Sequence record: DRR378314_1602
Length of the DNA stretch: 54,252 nt
Direction: 5' to 3' (one strand)
Positions within the stretch are counted from its first letter, which is position 1. Each line of letters starts with the position of its first letter. Below are positions 1-8,671 of this stretch, piece by piece. The translations under genes and the position numbers were made by a program. The notes beneath the pieces were generated by a model. It worked only from the letters and a program-made list of their open reading frames with translations, had not been told where the DNA came from and searched no databases.

Positions 1-505
1 GAAGCGGATTTGAGCGACTTAAACCCACACATGTGCCGAACCCGCCGCTTTATGAAGCGATGATCCTGCTCGATCAGATTGTTTAGGAATTTTGACCTGA
101 TTGTTTGTATTTTGACTAAGCGGCCAAATCGTTTCTGGATCCTGTTCACTTCTCGAATGCCAGCTGCGTTAGCACCGCTCTTATCGATCACTATTTTTTC
201 TGGGATTCCATTTGATGCCAGCGTATTGGCAAAGAAACTGGTTGCTGCACGACTATTCCGACACTCAGATAGTTCTCATCCATGCGCCAGGAATTCAGCA
301 TTGCGCGTTTCTTCGATTGTGCTTTAACCGCGATCATCGGTGAGTATTTCATCACCTACATATTCAATGTGGCGTGATCGACGGAAATGCCCCGTTCAGC
401 CAAGATCGCTTCCAGATCGCGAAGGGGGATGGTGTAGCGCAAATAGGAAAACACAGCGCACAAAACCACCTCCTTGGGGAGGTGGCGGCCTTCAAAAGAA
501 ATCAT
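1..505 (-). pseudogene. IS6-family (IS26/IS240-like) DDE transposase remnant, running off the window start
   Basis: The N-terminus MISFEGRHLPKEVVLCAVFSYLRY...RDLEAILAERGISVDHATLN is typical of IS6. There is an in-frame TAG at 356-358, then ...SWRMDENY, then a frameshift/internal deletion near 270 into LSECRNSRAA...GIPEKIVIDKSGANAAG...KFLNNLIEQDHRFIKRR...GFKS. Confidence 0.9.
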
Positions 506-577
506 GATCAAGCCTGTTCGAAATCTATTGCATGGGAACAAACGTCACGGCACGCATGCTCTTCAATAAAGCCTCAA

Positions 578-593
578 AGTTTGCAACACATCT
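578..593 (-). mobile_element. Degenerate left terminal inverted repeat of the IS6 element
   Basis: The minus strand reads AGATGTGTTGCAAACT, sharing the TGTTGCAAA core of IS6-family IRs (IS26 GGCACTGTTGCAAA), ~75 nt upstream of the transposase ATG. Confidence 0.55.
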
Positions 594-927
594 ACCCTGG
601 ACCTAATCCTATCAACCATTTGTATCGTTATTATCGATTCCCTCTGCTGACGATCTGAATTCTGCACCTAACTCGATCAGAATTGGCCAATTCCCTCCGC
701 GAAGAAAGAACAATGCCTTTTCGAGCGTCAAAAGTGTCTGCATTTTGTCTTAAAAGTGTCGATAATTGGATCGAAGTGGGACAATTTTGAGTAGAGCGTC
801 AGCAACCTTGACTGAGGTTACAATATGCAGCTACGTCATTAACAAGTGTTGATGGTCAGTTAAGCATTAGCGAGATTGCTTTCAATGATAACGAAGAACG
901 AAACATTTAGGGTCCGAGGTTGTTAAA

Positions 928-2499
928 ATGTTGAATCAACTCGTAAAAACTGCCTCTGGTGCATTAATAGCCGCCACGGCCACCATGGCAAATGCCCAAA
1001 ATGTTCAATTGAACAGCCTGGACGGCGGCATGACGCTGACCGGAGAACTTATTGAGTTCGACGGAGCCAATTACCAACTGAGAACGGTGGTTGGTACGAT
1101 AACGGTTGATGCCTTTAAAGTTGAGTGCATTGGTGAGGCTTGCCCCAGTCGTAACGATGGGCCAGTCGAGTACAGCATCTCTGGTTCTTCGCGTTTGGTG
1201 GATTCGCTTTTTGCCGATTTGACGACGCAATTCGGCGAAGAAATAGGAGGTGCTGCACTCCGCTCCGAAGAGGGTGGGGTCAGCAAGCTTCTGCTGCGCA
1301 ATGAGCTTGGAGAGTTCCTGGCTGAAGTATCGCTGATGGGCAGCGACTCGACCGATGGGATCAAACAACTGTTTGACGGAAAGTCGGCCCTTGCCGTAGC
1401 GACGCGCCCAGTTCAACCCGATGAGCTTGCGACTGCAACGCAGGCTGGCCTTGGGGACATGAGCGCCAGTGAAAATCAGAAGATCTTTGCTCTGGATGGC
1501 CTTGTTGCCATCACCTCGCAAAGCAACCCGTTGCGGGCAGTTGCTGAGAAAGATCTAGCGCGAATATTCTCCGGGACCATTTCCAATTGGAGTCAGATCG
1601 GTGGTCCGGATGCACCGATCCAGCTGTACATGCGCGCGCCGGACAGCGGCACCGGGCTGATCTTTGATGAACTGATCATGAGCCCTGCCGGAGCAACCTA
1701 CTCGACCGGGATTAACCTTTTGGAAACCGATGCTGAACTGGCTGCGGCAGTAGCGTCCGATCCGCTCGGTATCGGAATTACAAGCCTTGCAAGCGTAGAC
1801 GATGCCAAGGTTCTGGCCATCCGCGGTGTTTGTGGCATTCAGGTTCCAGCGACGCCATTCACCATCAAAACCGAGGAATACCCACTTAGCCGACGGTTGT
1901 ATGCCTATACAGGCAACACTGTTCCAGCACAGCTGAACCGCTTTATACAATTCCTCGAAACTGAAAAGGCGCAAGAAACGATCGAGGCCTCGGGCTTTGT
2001 TTCGCTCGGTGAATCATTGCAAGGACCGAATGAGCAAGGCCTGCGTTACCTTGGTGCGGTTATGCCCACGGACGCAGAGGTCACTCTAAAACAGCTGCAG
2101 GAGATGTCGGCGGAACTGTCTGGCGCAGATCGCAGTTCGATCACCTTCCGTTTCGCATTTGGGTCTTCCCGTCTTGATGCCCGGGCTCAGGATGACATTA
2201 AACGCCTCGCTGCTTTGTTGGCTAAAGAAGAAACCACAAACAAAGAGCTTCTTCTGATCGGTTACACCGACTCTGTCGGAGCAGGCAGATCCAATCGATC
2301 GCTCAGCCAGCAGCGCGCTCAACAAGTGCGCAACGCCCTGCAGCAAGCAGCACCTGCCGGCAGCCTTGATCGGTTGACGATCCGGACGTTGGGCTATGGT
2401 GAAATCTCACCGCTCAGCTGCAATGAAACCGAGAATGGCCGCCGGATCAATCGTCGTGTGGAAGTTTGGCTGCGGGATACCGTCACCACATCCCAGTAA
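928..2499 (+). CDS. Secreted PstS-like (PBP2 phosphate-binding fold) / OmpA-like peptidoglycan-binding fusion protein
   Basis: Signal peptide (..ATMANA|Q). N-terminal small domain ending CIGEACP. PstS-like motifs FALDGLVAIT, LARIFSGTISNWSQIGG, RAPDSGT, YPLSRRLY. C-terminal OmpA motifs LIGYTDSVG, NRSLSQQRA, GYGE, NRRVEV. Confidence 0.85.
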   Translation: MLNQLVKTASGALIAATATMANAQNVQLNSLDGGMTLTGELIEFDGANYQLRTVVGTITVDAFKVECIGEACPSRNDGPVEYSISGSSRLVDSLFADLTTQFGEEIGGAALRSEEGGVSKLLLRNELGEFLAEVSLMGSDSTDGIKQLFDGKSALAVATRPVQPDELATATQAGLGDMSASENQKIFALDGLVAITSQSNPLRAVAEKDLARIFSGTISNWSQIGGPDAPIQLYMRAPDSGTGLIFDELIMSPAGATYSTGINLLETDAELAAAVASDPLGIGITSLASVDDAKVLAIRGVCGIQVPATPFTIKTEEYPLSRRLYAYTGNTVPAQLNRFIQFLETEKAQETIEASGFVSLGESLQGPNEQGLRYLGAVMPTDAEVTLKQLQEMSAELSGADRSSITFRFAFGSSRLDARAQDDIKRLAALLAKEETTNKELLLIGYTDSVGAGRSNRSLSQQRAQQVRNALQQAAPAGSLDRLTIRTLGYGEISPLSCNETENGRRINRRVEVWLRDTVTTSQ

Positions 2500-2576
2500 A
2501 AAAGCACCAACGCAGCATCGGAACCGGGGATACCACGGGCTGTGACCAAGACGATAACGCAACGGAGTGATGTAGT

Positions 2577-3614
2577 ATGAGAATGCTCGTAATATTGGCC
2601 AATGTTTTCCTACTGCACTTATCAGGGGCAGCCGCTGCTCAGGATGAGCCATACAATTCTGCCGTGGACACCTGGCTTAATGGCGACGAGGCCACTGGCG
2701 TGCAGGGCCTGTCGGAAGCGGCCAGTCAGGGGAACAGTTCGGCACAGATGATCCTTGGTCAAATTGACCGTGACACGGTTCCGGGCGGTTTTTCTGATTA
2801 CCTGGTAAACCACCCAAAACGCGACGAGCTGCTTCGCGCGCACGACCCTGACAAGGGAACCGTCAGCTGGTTGCTTGCTCTGAGCGACCCCACCCTGAAA
2901 GAAGCAGGTGAAGCCATCTTCGGATATCGCGTTGGCCGTCAGCCAATCAGCAATGCATTAGCATTGCAGTCCTTTGGTGAGGTTGAAGGTGCCGAGTATG
3001 TACTTTGGAATACACTGAATAATGGTCGCTTTGATCTGATCAATTCAATGCCTGCAGACAACTATGGCCTGTCCGATGCGGGTTTCCTCAAATGGATTGA
3101 GGCTTACATGGCGCGGGAAAACAAAGCGATCACCATGCGGGCATTTGTGGAAGAAACCAATCCCAAACGAGTTTCAGGTTTGCTGGGACTGAAACGGCTC
3201 GCGCGCCTGTTGAATCTCAATCAGCATTTTTCCGACGAGGCCAACCAGTTCACGACTGTCATGCTGGGGCGCGGCTCGGATTTGTCTGGGAGCGTAAATC
3301 TGGTGCTCCTAAACGATAACATCTCACGTATCAGCGAAACCGATAGTTATCTGAACATCGTGAAACGCTACTGCGAATCCTGCGAAGGGGACGAGGTCGA
3401 CTACGACTGTGTGGTTCAGGCGCTCGAGATTGTGGGAGGGTATAAGACTCTGATGTCGATCCGCACCCCGGTTGAGACATTGATCGATCAGGACACATTC
3501 ATGAGCTCCAATCGTCCGGTCGAAACATTTTCACAGTTAGTGAATAATATGCGCCGCTATTATTCTCGCGAAATTCGTTCGTCCTGCATCGCCTCAAATC
3601 TGGCAGCCGGATAA
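2577..3614 (+). CDS. Secreted hypothetical protein (Sel1-like N-terminal helix pair, four Cys in C-terminal part)
   Basis: 345-aa ORF with upstream GGAG, signal peptide ..SGAAAA|Q, LSEAASQGNSSAQMILG (Sel1-like), and YCESC..DC..SSC. Confidence 0.75.
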   Translation: MRMLVILANVFLLHLSGAAAAQDEPYNSAVDTWLNGDEATGVQGLSEAASQGNSSAQMILGQIDRDTVPGGFSDYLVNHPKRDELLRAHDPDKGTVSWLLALSDPTLKEAGEAIFGYRVGRQPISNALALQSFGEVEGAEYVLWNTLNNGRFDLINSMPADNYGLSDAGFLKWIEAYMARENKAITMRAFVEETNPKRVSGLLGLKRLARLLNLNQHFSDEANQFTTVMLGRGSDLSGSVNLVLLNDNISRISETDSYLNIVKRYCESCEGDEVDYDCVVQALEIVGGYKTLMSIRTPVETLIDQDTFMSSNRPVETFSQLVNNMRRYYSREIRSSCIASNLAAG

Positions 3615-3843
3615 CACGGCGTTGCCGGTTCGACTGGATTGCTAAGGAGCAATTTGCGGGTTGGTTGGCCATTCAAGCCGAGCCATTGCGGGTTTTGCGG
3701 ATCTGGGACAGGCAGAGAATCTCTAACTACATCACGTTTTAGACATATTCTCCTATTAGTTGAGTTTGTAACAAGCACAAGCTGTGATCGGGTTTTGAGA
3801 ATTTCCTGACACAGTGTTGGAAGAACAGCAGACTGGGTGAGCC

Positions 3844-6144
3844 ATGGGCAACGTAATGAAACTGGTAAAAACTGATCATGAAGAGATAGATCAGATGACT
3901 GGCGACTTTTCCGCGGACAATCTCCCTGCACGGACCGAACTGCTGCATGGCCAGTACAAAATTGATAGCTATCTGAACAGCGGCGGCTTCGGGATTACCT
4001 ATCTCGCCTTTGACAGCCTCAAACGCAAAGTGGTGATCAAAGAGTGCTTTCCAAGCATGTTTGCGCGTCGAAAAAATGCGCTGGTAACAGCACGAACACC
4101 CACACACACGCAAGATCTTCGTCAGATTGTTCGGCACTTTATCCGCGAGGCGCAGCGCCTTTCACAGATGGATCACCCAAATATCGTCGGTGTCCATCAG
4201 GTCTTTGAAGACAACGACACTGCCTATATGGCTCTGGATTTTGTCGAAGGCCCTGATCTTCTGGATGCGATTGAAAACACGGAAACGCAGCTAGACGAAG
4301 CCGATGTCATGTCGATCCTCAGGCAAATATTGGATGCGGTCGCCTACATGCACAAGCAGGGTATGCTGCATCGGGATATTTCGCCCGACAATATCTTGGT
4401 TGGGCCGGACAAAGTGCCGGTGCTGATTGACTTCGGTGCCGCGCGTGAGCAGAACAGGAAAACTGATCGCGTTTTATCGGCGCTGCGTGCGGTCAAGGAC
4501 GGCTATTCCCCACAGGAATTCTATGTCAAGAATAGTGTACAGGGAGCTTATAGCGATCTCTACGCATTGGCAGCATCATTTTATCACGTGATCACCGGAG
4601 AGCGTGCGCCGGACAGCCAGACCAGGGTTTCGGCGATAGCCGAGCAAAAGCCCGATCCCTGCAAACCTCTTCAGGGGCGTTTTGATAAATACGATGACGT
4701 CTTTCTGGAAGCGTTGGACAAAGCCATGTCCGCCTTGCCAAAGGATCGTTTTCAGACTGCTGATGAGTGGCTTGACGCGATAGGTCGTGTTGCCGAGGCC
4801 CCGACGATGGAGCAAGATGTTAAGATTGCCGTCTCTTCATCAGGCGGTAGCAAGCGTTGGCTGATAGGCGGCGCGGTGCTTGCACTTGGATTTGTTGGCG
4901 CGATAGCCGCGGTCCTTTCCAATGGCAATATTCTATCACCCGCTGAACCACAGGTAACGCAAGAAGATGTCTTAGCAGCCGAGGCGCAAGCACGCGTTCA
5001 AGCCGAAGCGGAGGCAGCGGCCGCTGCCGTTGCGGATGCGACTGCGAGGGCAACTGAAGCCGAGGCTCGATTGGCCGAAGCGGAAGCGCGAGCGCAGGCA
5101 GAAATCGCTGCGCGCGCTGAAGCAGAAGCCGCAGCCCAAGCCGCAGCCCAAGCCGAAGCACGTGCCAATGAGGCCGCTGAGGCAGAGGCCCGCGCCCGGG
5201 CAGAGGCAGAAGCCCAAGCGAGTGCTCAGGCGATAGCTCAGGCCGAAGCAGAAGCTCGTGCCACAGCAGCCGCTGAGGCCGAGGCCCGCGCTTTGGCGCA
5301 AGCGGAAGCGCAGGCAGAGGCTTTGGCGAAAGCCCAGGCCGAAGCAGCAGCACGTGCCGCTGCAGCCGCTGAGGTTGAGGCACGTGCGTTGGCTCAGGCA
5401 AAAGCCCAGGCAGAAGCTTTGGCCAAATCTCAGGCCGAGGCGGCGGCCCGTGCAAGCGCGATCGCCAAGGCTGAAGAGCGCGCCAAGTTAGAGGCGCAAA
5501 AGGAAGCTGCTGCACTTGTCGCGGTTGAGACTGAGGCCACACCTGATCCAATCCCAAGCGTCGATCAGACCGGGGTCGTCTCGAAATGGAATGTTCATTT
5601 GCCCTTTGCGGCGTCCGCGGATCAACCCGACACAGTTGAGTTTGTGGCTGCGTCTGCCCCTGCATGGGTTCGCGCCGGTCTGCGTATCAACACCGTCGAT
5701 GGGATGGATATCGAAGAGATCGGCGCGATCAGCGAAACGCTACGCAATGCTGGAGCCGAGCCTTCGGAAGACGGAACATTACGCGTCACATTGGGCCTTA
5801 CTGACCCTCGGGATGGCGTTGTCACGCGTGACGTTGTGTTGAATGTCGTCCAGGATACAACCTTGTCGAATGGTATTATGTTTCAAAGCCGTTATGCCGA
5901 TACCGGCAAATGGGTTACAAGCGTGGCCCATATCCCGCAAGGTCTGAATGACGACACAACTCTGAAACCGAACGACCAAATCACCAGCTATTTTCCGTCA
6001 GATGAAAGCATTGATGGGCCGAACACGATTGCAGCTCTGCTACACGCAGGGTTGAACGAGGGTAAGACGGATTTCAAGTTCACCGTCAGACGTAATGGTT
6101 CACTTTGGCTGGTCGACCTGCACTATGACGGTCAGAGTAAATAG
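3844..6144 (+). CDS. Membrane-anchored Hanks-type Ser/Thr protein kinase with Ala-rich coiled-coil stalk and C-terminal PDZ-like domains
   Basis: Kinase motifs SGGFGITY, VVIKE, FIREA, HPNIV, HRDISPDN, DFG, GYSPQE, SDLYAL. TM helix WLIGGAVLALGFVGAIAAVL (4858-4920). Ala/Glu/Gln/Arg stalk. C-terminal GLRINTVDG and LKPNDQI...FTVRRNG resemble PDZ-type folds. Confidence 0.9.
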   Translation: MGNVMKLVKTDHEEIDQMTGDFSADNLPARTELLHGQYKIDSYLNSGGFGITYLAFDSLKRKVVIKECFPSMFARRKNALVTARTPTHTQDLRQIVRHFIREAQRLSQMDHPNIVGVHQVFEDNDTAYMALDFVEGPDLLDAIENTETQLDEADVMSILRQILDAVAYMHKQGMLHRDISPDNILVGPDKVPVLIDFGAAREQNRKTDRVLSALRAVKDGYSPQEFYVKNSVQGAYSDLYALAASFYHVITGERAPDSQTRVSAIAEQKPDPCKPLQGRFDKYDDVFLEALDKAMSALPKDRFQTADEWLDAIGRVAEAPTMEQDVKIAVSSSGGSKRWLIGGAVLALGFVGAIAAVLSNGNILSPAEPQVTQEDVLAAEAQARVQAEAEAAAAAVADATARATEAEARLAEAEARAQAEIAARAEAEAAAQAAAQAEARANEAAEAEARARAEAEAQASAQAIAQAEAEARATAAAEAEARALAQAEAQAEALAKAQAEAAARAAAAAEVEARALAQAKAQAEALAKSQAEAAARASAIAKAEERAKLEAQKEAAALVAVETEATPDPIPSVDQTGVVSKWNVHLPFAASADQPDTVEFVAASAPAWVRAGLRINTVDGMDIEEIGAISETLRNAGAEPSEDGTLRVTLGLTDPRDGVVTRDVVLNVVQDTTLSNGIMFQSRYADTGKWVTSVAHIPQGLNDDTTLKPNDQITSYFPSDESIDGPNTIAALLHAGLNEGKTDFKFTVRRNGSLWLVDLHYDGQSK
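5074..5457 (+). repeat. In-frame 96-nt (32-aa) tandem repeat, three clear copies plus one degenerate copy, in the kinase stalk
   Basis: Units start at 5170, 5266 and 5362 (EAAEAEARARAEAEAQASAQAIAQAEAEARAT / AAAEAEARALAQAEAQAEALAKAQAEAAARAA / AAAEVEARALAQAKAQAEALAKSQAEAAARAS), with a looser unit at 5074. Confidence 0.8.
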
Positions 6145-6247
6145 TCGAAAAACTGGCAGTGCCCAACGGGTAACTCTGTATTGTCAAGTTGTTGACGGCC
6201 AGTTGTGAAACAGGGGAACGACAAGAGCGGTGACAACACCGACGAAA

Positions 6248-6643
6248 TCAGCCCAGATGTGCCGTGGCTTCGATTTCGACCTTTGCCCGGTCTTCAACCA
6301 GACCGGCAACAACCAGCATGGACATGGCCGGGAAATGTTTGCCGAAAACCTCGCGATAGGCTTCGCCCACGGCCCGTTGCGCGGCCACATATTCGCCTTT
6401 GTCGGTCACGAACCAGGTCAGGCGGGTTACGTCCTCGACACGACCGCCCGCGCTTTCGACAATGGCGCGGATGTTCATCAGGGCTTGCCGCATCTGCCCG
6501 ATGAAATCATCGCTGACGAATTCTTTGTTTCCGTCCCAACCGATTTGTCCGCCGATATGCAGGGTGCCGTCTTTGGCCAGCATTCCGTTTGCATAGCCTT
6601 TGGCTGGCAGCCAGCCATCGGGGTGGATCACTTTATGTGTCAT
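6248..6643 (-). CDS. RidA/YjgF family protein
   Basis: GYANG, GGQIGW, FPAMS, LVEDRAKVEIEATA; last gene of the abm-type operon. Confidence 0.9.
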   Translation of the reverse strand: MTHKVIHPDGWLPAKGYANGMLAKDGTLHIGGQIGWDGNKEFVSDDFIGQMRQALMNIRAIVESAGGRVEDVTRLTWFVTDKGEYVAAQRAVGEAYREVFGKHFPAMSMLVVAGLVEDRAKVEIEATAHLG

Positions 6644-7049
6644 TCAATTGGTCCTCGTATTCTTTCATTCGGCTGCGCATATCGTCAGGCCAAGGCGTGG
6701 ATTTTCCATCGCTGTCCACGTGAACCAGTGTCGCGGTTGTGTCGAACCGGGTCTCGTCTGCGCACAGTGCTTTCATCCGGTAGGTGGCAGATCGTGATCC
6801 AACACGCGAGAGGCAGAGCTGCAGGACAAGGTGATCTCCGTGATAACTGGGGCGCGCAAAACGCGTCTCGATCTGGGCGGTGGGTGACCCGTTGCCGGAT
6901 TTGTGCAGGGTTTCAAAAGGGACTTGTAGGGCTTCGTCGAAAAACGCTTCGACGCAGTCATTCATCATCTCGAAATACCGGGGGTAAAAGACAATGCCCG
7001 CCGGGTCGCAATGTTTGAACAGAACCTTCTGTTTCATCTCAAATATCAT
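6633..7049 (-). CDS. Acyl-CoA thioesterase (4-HBT/hotdog family)
   Basis: HCDPAGIVFYPRYFEM motif; its ATG overlaps the ligase stop (TGATG). Confidence 0.9.
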   Translation of the reverse strand: MIFEMKQKVLFKHCDPAGIVFYPRYFEMMNDCVEAFFDEALQVPFETLHKSGNGSPTAQIETRFARPSYHGDHLVLQLCLSRVGSRSATYRMKALCADETRFDTTATLVHVDSDGKSTPWPDDMRSRMKEYEDQLNDT

Positions 7050-8668
7050 CACTGCGCCTCTTTCAGCCGGAAACGCTGAATCTTGCCGGTCGCTGTTTTG
7101 GGCAAGGTCGGGCGATACCGGATCGAGCGCGGGTATTTGTAAGGTGCTATGGTGTTTTTGGCATGCGTTTGCAATGCATCGGTCATCGCCTGATCCGATT
7201 GGTATCCTGCGTTCAGCACGACGTGCGCTTCAACGATTTCGCCGCGATCAGGATCAGGGGTGCCGATGACCGCGCATTCAGAAACGGCAGGATGGGAAAG
7301 CAGTGCTGCCTCAACCTCGGGCCCTGCAATGTTGTATCCCGCTGAGATGATCATATCGTCGTTTCTGGCGGCAAAGTGGTACCGTCCCTGAGCATCGCGT
7401 ACAAAGCTGTCACCGGTGATGTTCCAGCCATCCATTATATATTCGCCCTGTCGGTCACCGCGCAGATACCGGCATCCGGTGGGGCCGCGCACCGCCAGTC
7501 GACCGGCCACGCCATCGGGAAGTTCTTCGCCGTCCGGGCCAATCACTTTTGCCTCATACCCGGATACAGGTTTTCCAGTCGAAGCCGGGCGGTGATCGTC
7601 AAAGCGGTTCGAGATGAAGATATGTAGCATTTCGGTGGCGCCGATCCCGTCCAACATCGGCTTTCCGGTCCGTTTTATCCAATCATCATAGATCGGGGCG
7701 GGCAGGGTCTCCCCGGCCGATACGGCGGCCCGCAACGAGGACAGGTCCGCCCCGTCATCCATCGCCTGCAACATCACCCGATAAGCGGTTGGTGCGGTAA
7801 AGCAGACGGTGGCCCTGTATTTCTCGATGATCTCGATCATCTGCGGTGGCGCGGCTTGTTCCAGTAGCGTCGCGGTGGCCCCGAAGCGCAGCGGAAAGAT
7901 CGCCAGCCCGCCCAGCCCGAATGTAAAGGCCAATGGAGGAGAGCCGACAAAGACGTCATCGGGCGTCACGCCCAGAACCTCACGCGCATAACCATCAGCG
8001 ACGATCAGCAGGTCGCGATGGAAATGCATCGTTGCTTTGGGCTGCCCGGTCGAGCCCGATGTGAAGCCCAGCAGCGCCACGTCGTCCTGACTGGTTTCGA
8101 CCGCATCAAACTTGACCGGCTTTTCAAGCGCCAGCCGGTCCAGTTCGGCATCATGGTTCGAGGTGCCGTCAAAACCGACAACGGTTTTAAGGAACCGGCT
8201 GTGCTTGGCACATTTGGTCATCTCGTCCATCAGGCGGGTGTCGCACAATGCATGCGTGATTTCGGCGGTATCGACATACTTGGTCAACTCGCCCGCACGC
8301 AGCATCGGCATCGTGTTGACGACCACTGCACCTGCTTTGGTCGCTGCCAGCCAGGCCGCTACCATGGCCGGGTTGTTGGCAGACCGGATCAACACGCGGT
8401 TTCCGGGTTTAACCCCAAGGTCCTCGACCAGCGCGTGGGCCAGCCGGTTGGTCCAGTCAGTGAGTTCCTTATAAGTGCGCTGGCGTTGATTGCCGATCAG
8501 GGCCACATGATCCCCGAACCCTTTGCCGACCATCGCATCCGTCAACTCAACCGCCGCGTTCAGCTGGTCTGGATAGTCGAAACCGTCCAGAAGAAAATCG
8601 GGCCAGCTTGCCTGCGATGGCAGGTTATCCCGTGCGAATGTATCGATATGGGCTGATGGACCAAGCAT
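7049..8668 (-). CDS. abmG: 2-aminobenzoate/benzoate-CoA ligase family AMP-binding enzyme
   Basis: N-terminus SAHIDTFARDNLP, AMP motif FTSGSTGQPK, PPLAFTFGLG, DGIGATEMLHIF, APYKYPR, TGKIQRF; abm cluster context. Confidence 0.85.
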   Translation of the reverse strand: MLGPSAHIDTFARDNLPSQASWPDFLLDGFDYPDQLNAAVELTDAMVGKGFGDHVALIGNQRQRTYKELTDWTNRLAHALVEDLGVKPGNRVLIRSANNPAMVAAWLAATKAGAVVVNTMPMLRAGELTKYVDTAEITHALCDTRLMDEMTKCAKHSRFLKTVVGFDGTSNHDAELDRLALEKPVKFDAVETSQDDVALLGFTSGSTGQPKATMHFHRDLLIVADGYAREVLGVTPDDVFVGSPPLAFTFGLGGLAIFPLRFGATATLLEQAAPPQMIEIIEKYRATVCFTAPTAYRVMLQAMDDGADLSSLRAAVSAGETLPAPIYDDWIKRTGKPMLDGIGATEMLHIFISNRFDDHRPASTGKPVSGYEAKVIGPDGEELPDGVAGRLAVRGPTGCRYLRGDRQGEYIMDGWNITGDSFVRDAQGRYHFAARNDDMIISAGYNIAGPEVEAALLSHPAVSECAVIGTPDPDRGEIVEAHVVLNAGYQSDQAMTDALQTHAKNTIAPYKYPRSIRYRPTLPKTATGKIQRFRLKEAQ

Positions 8669-8671
8669 TCC

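Noticed and set aside
79-658. Plus-strand ORFs 79-327 and 374-658
   Set aside because: They are antisense shadows of the IS6 transposase remnant.
4820-5842. Overlapping Pro/Arg/Leu-rich ORFs, and the repeats as a possible CRISPR array
   Set aside because: They are alternate frames of the low-complexity kinase stalk. The repeats are in-frame, contiguous and lack unique spacers.
928-6144. Type VI secretion accessory cluster (PpkA/TagL-like)
   Set aside because: Kinase plus OmpA domains are reminiscent of T6SS accessory genes, but no tss, FHA or PP2C genes are present in the window. Not excluded for the region upstream of the IS.
6205-7018. 262-aa and 99-aa plus-strand ORFs
   Set aside because: They are antisense to the well-supported RidA and thioesterase genes and have no motifs.
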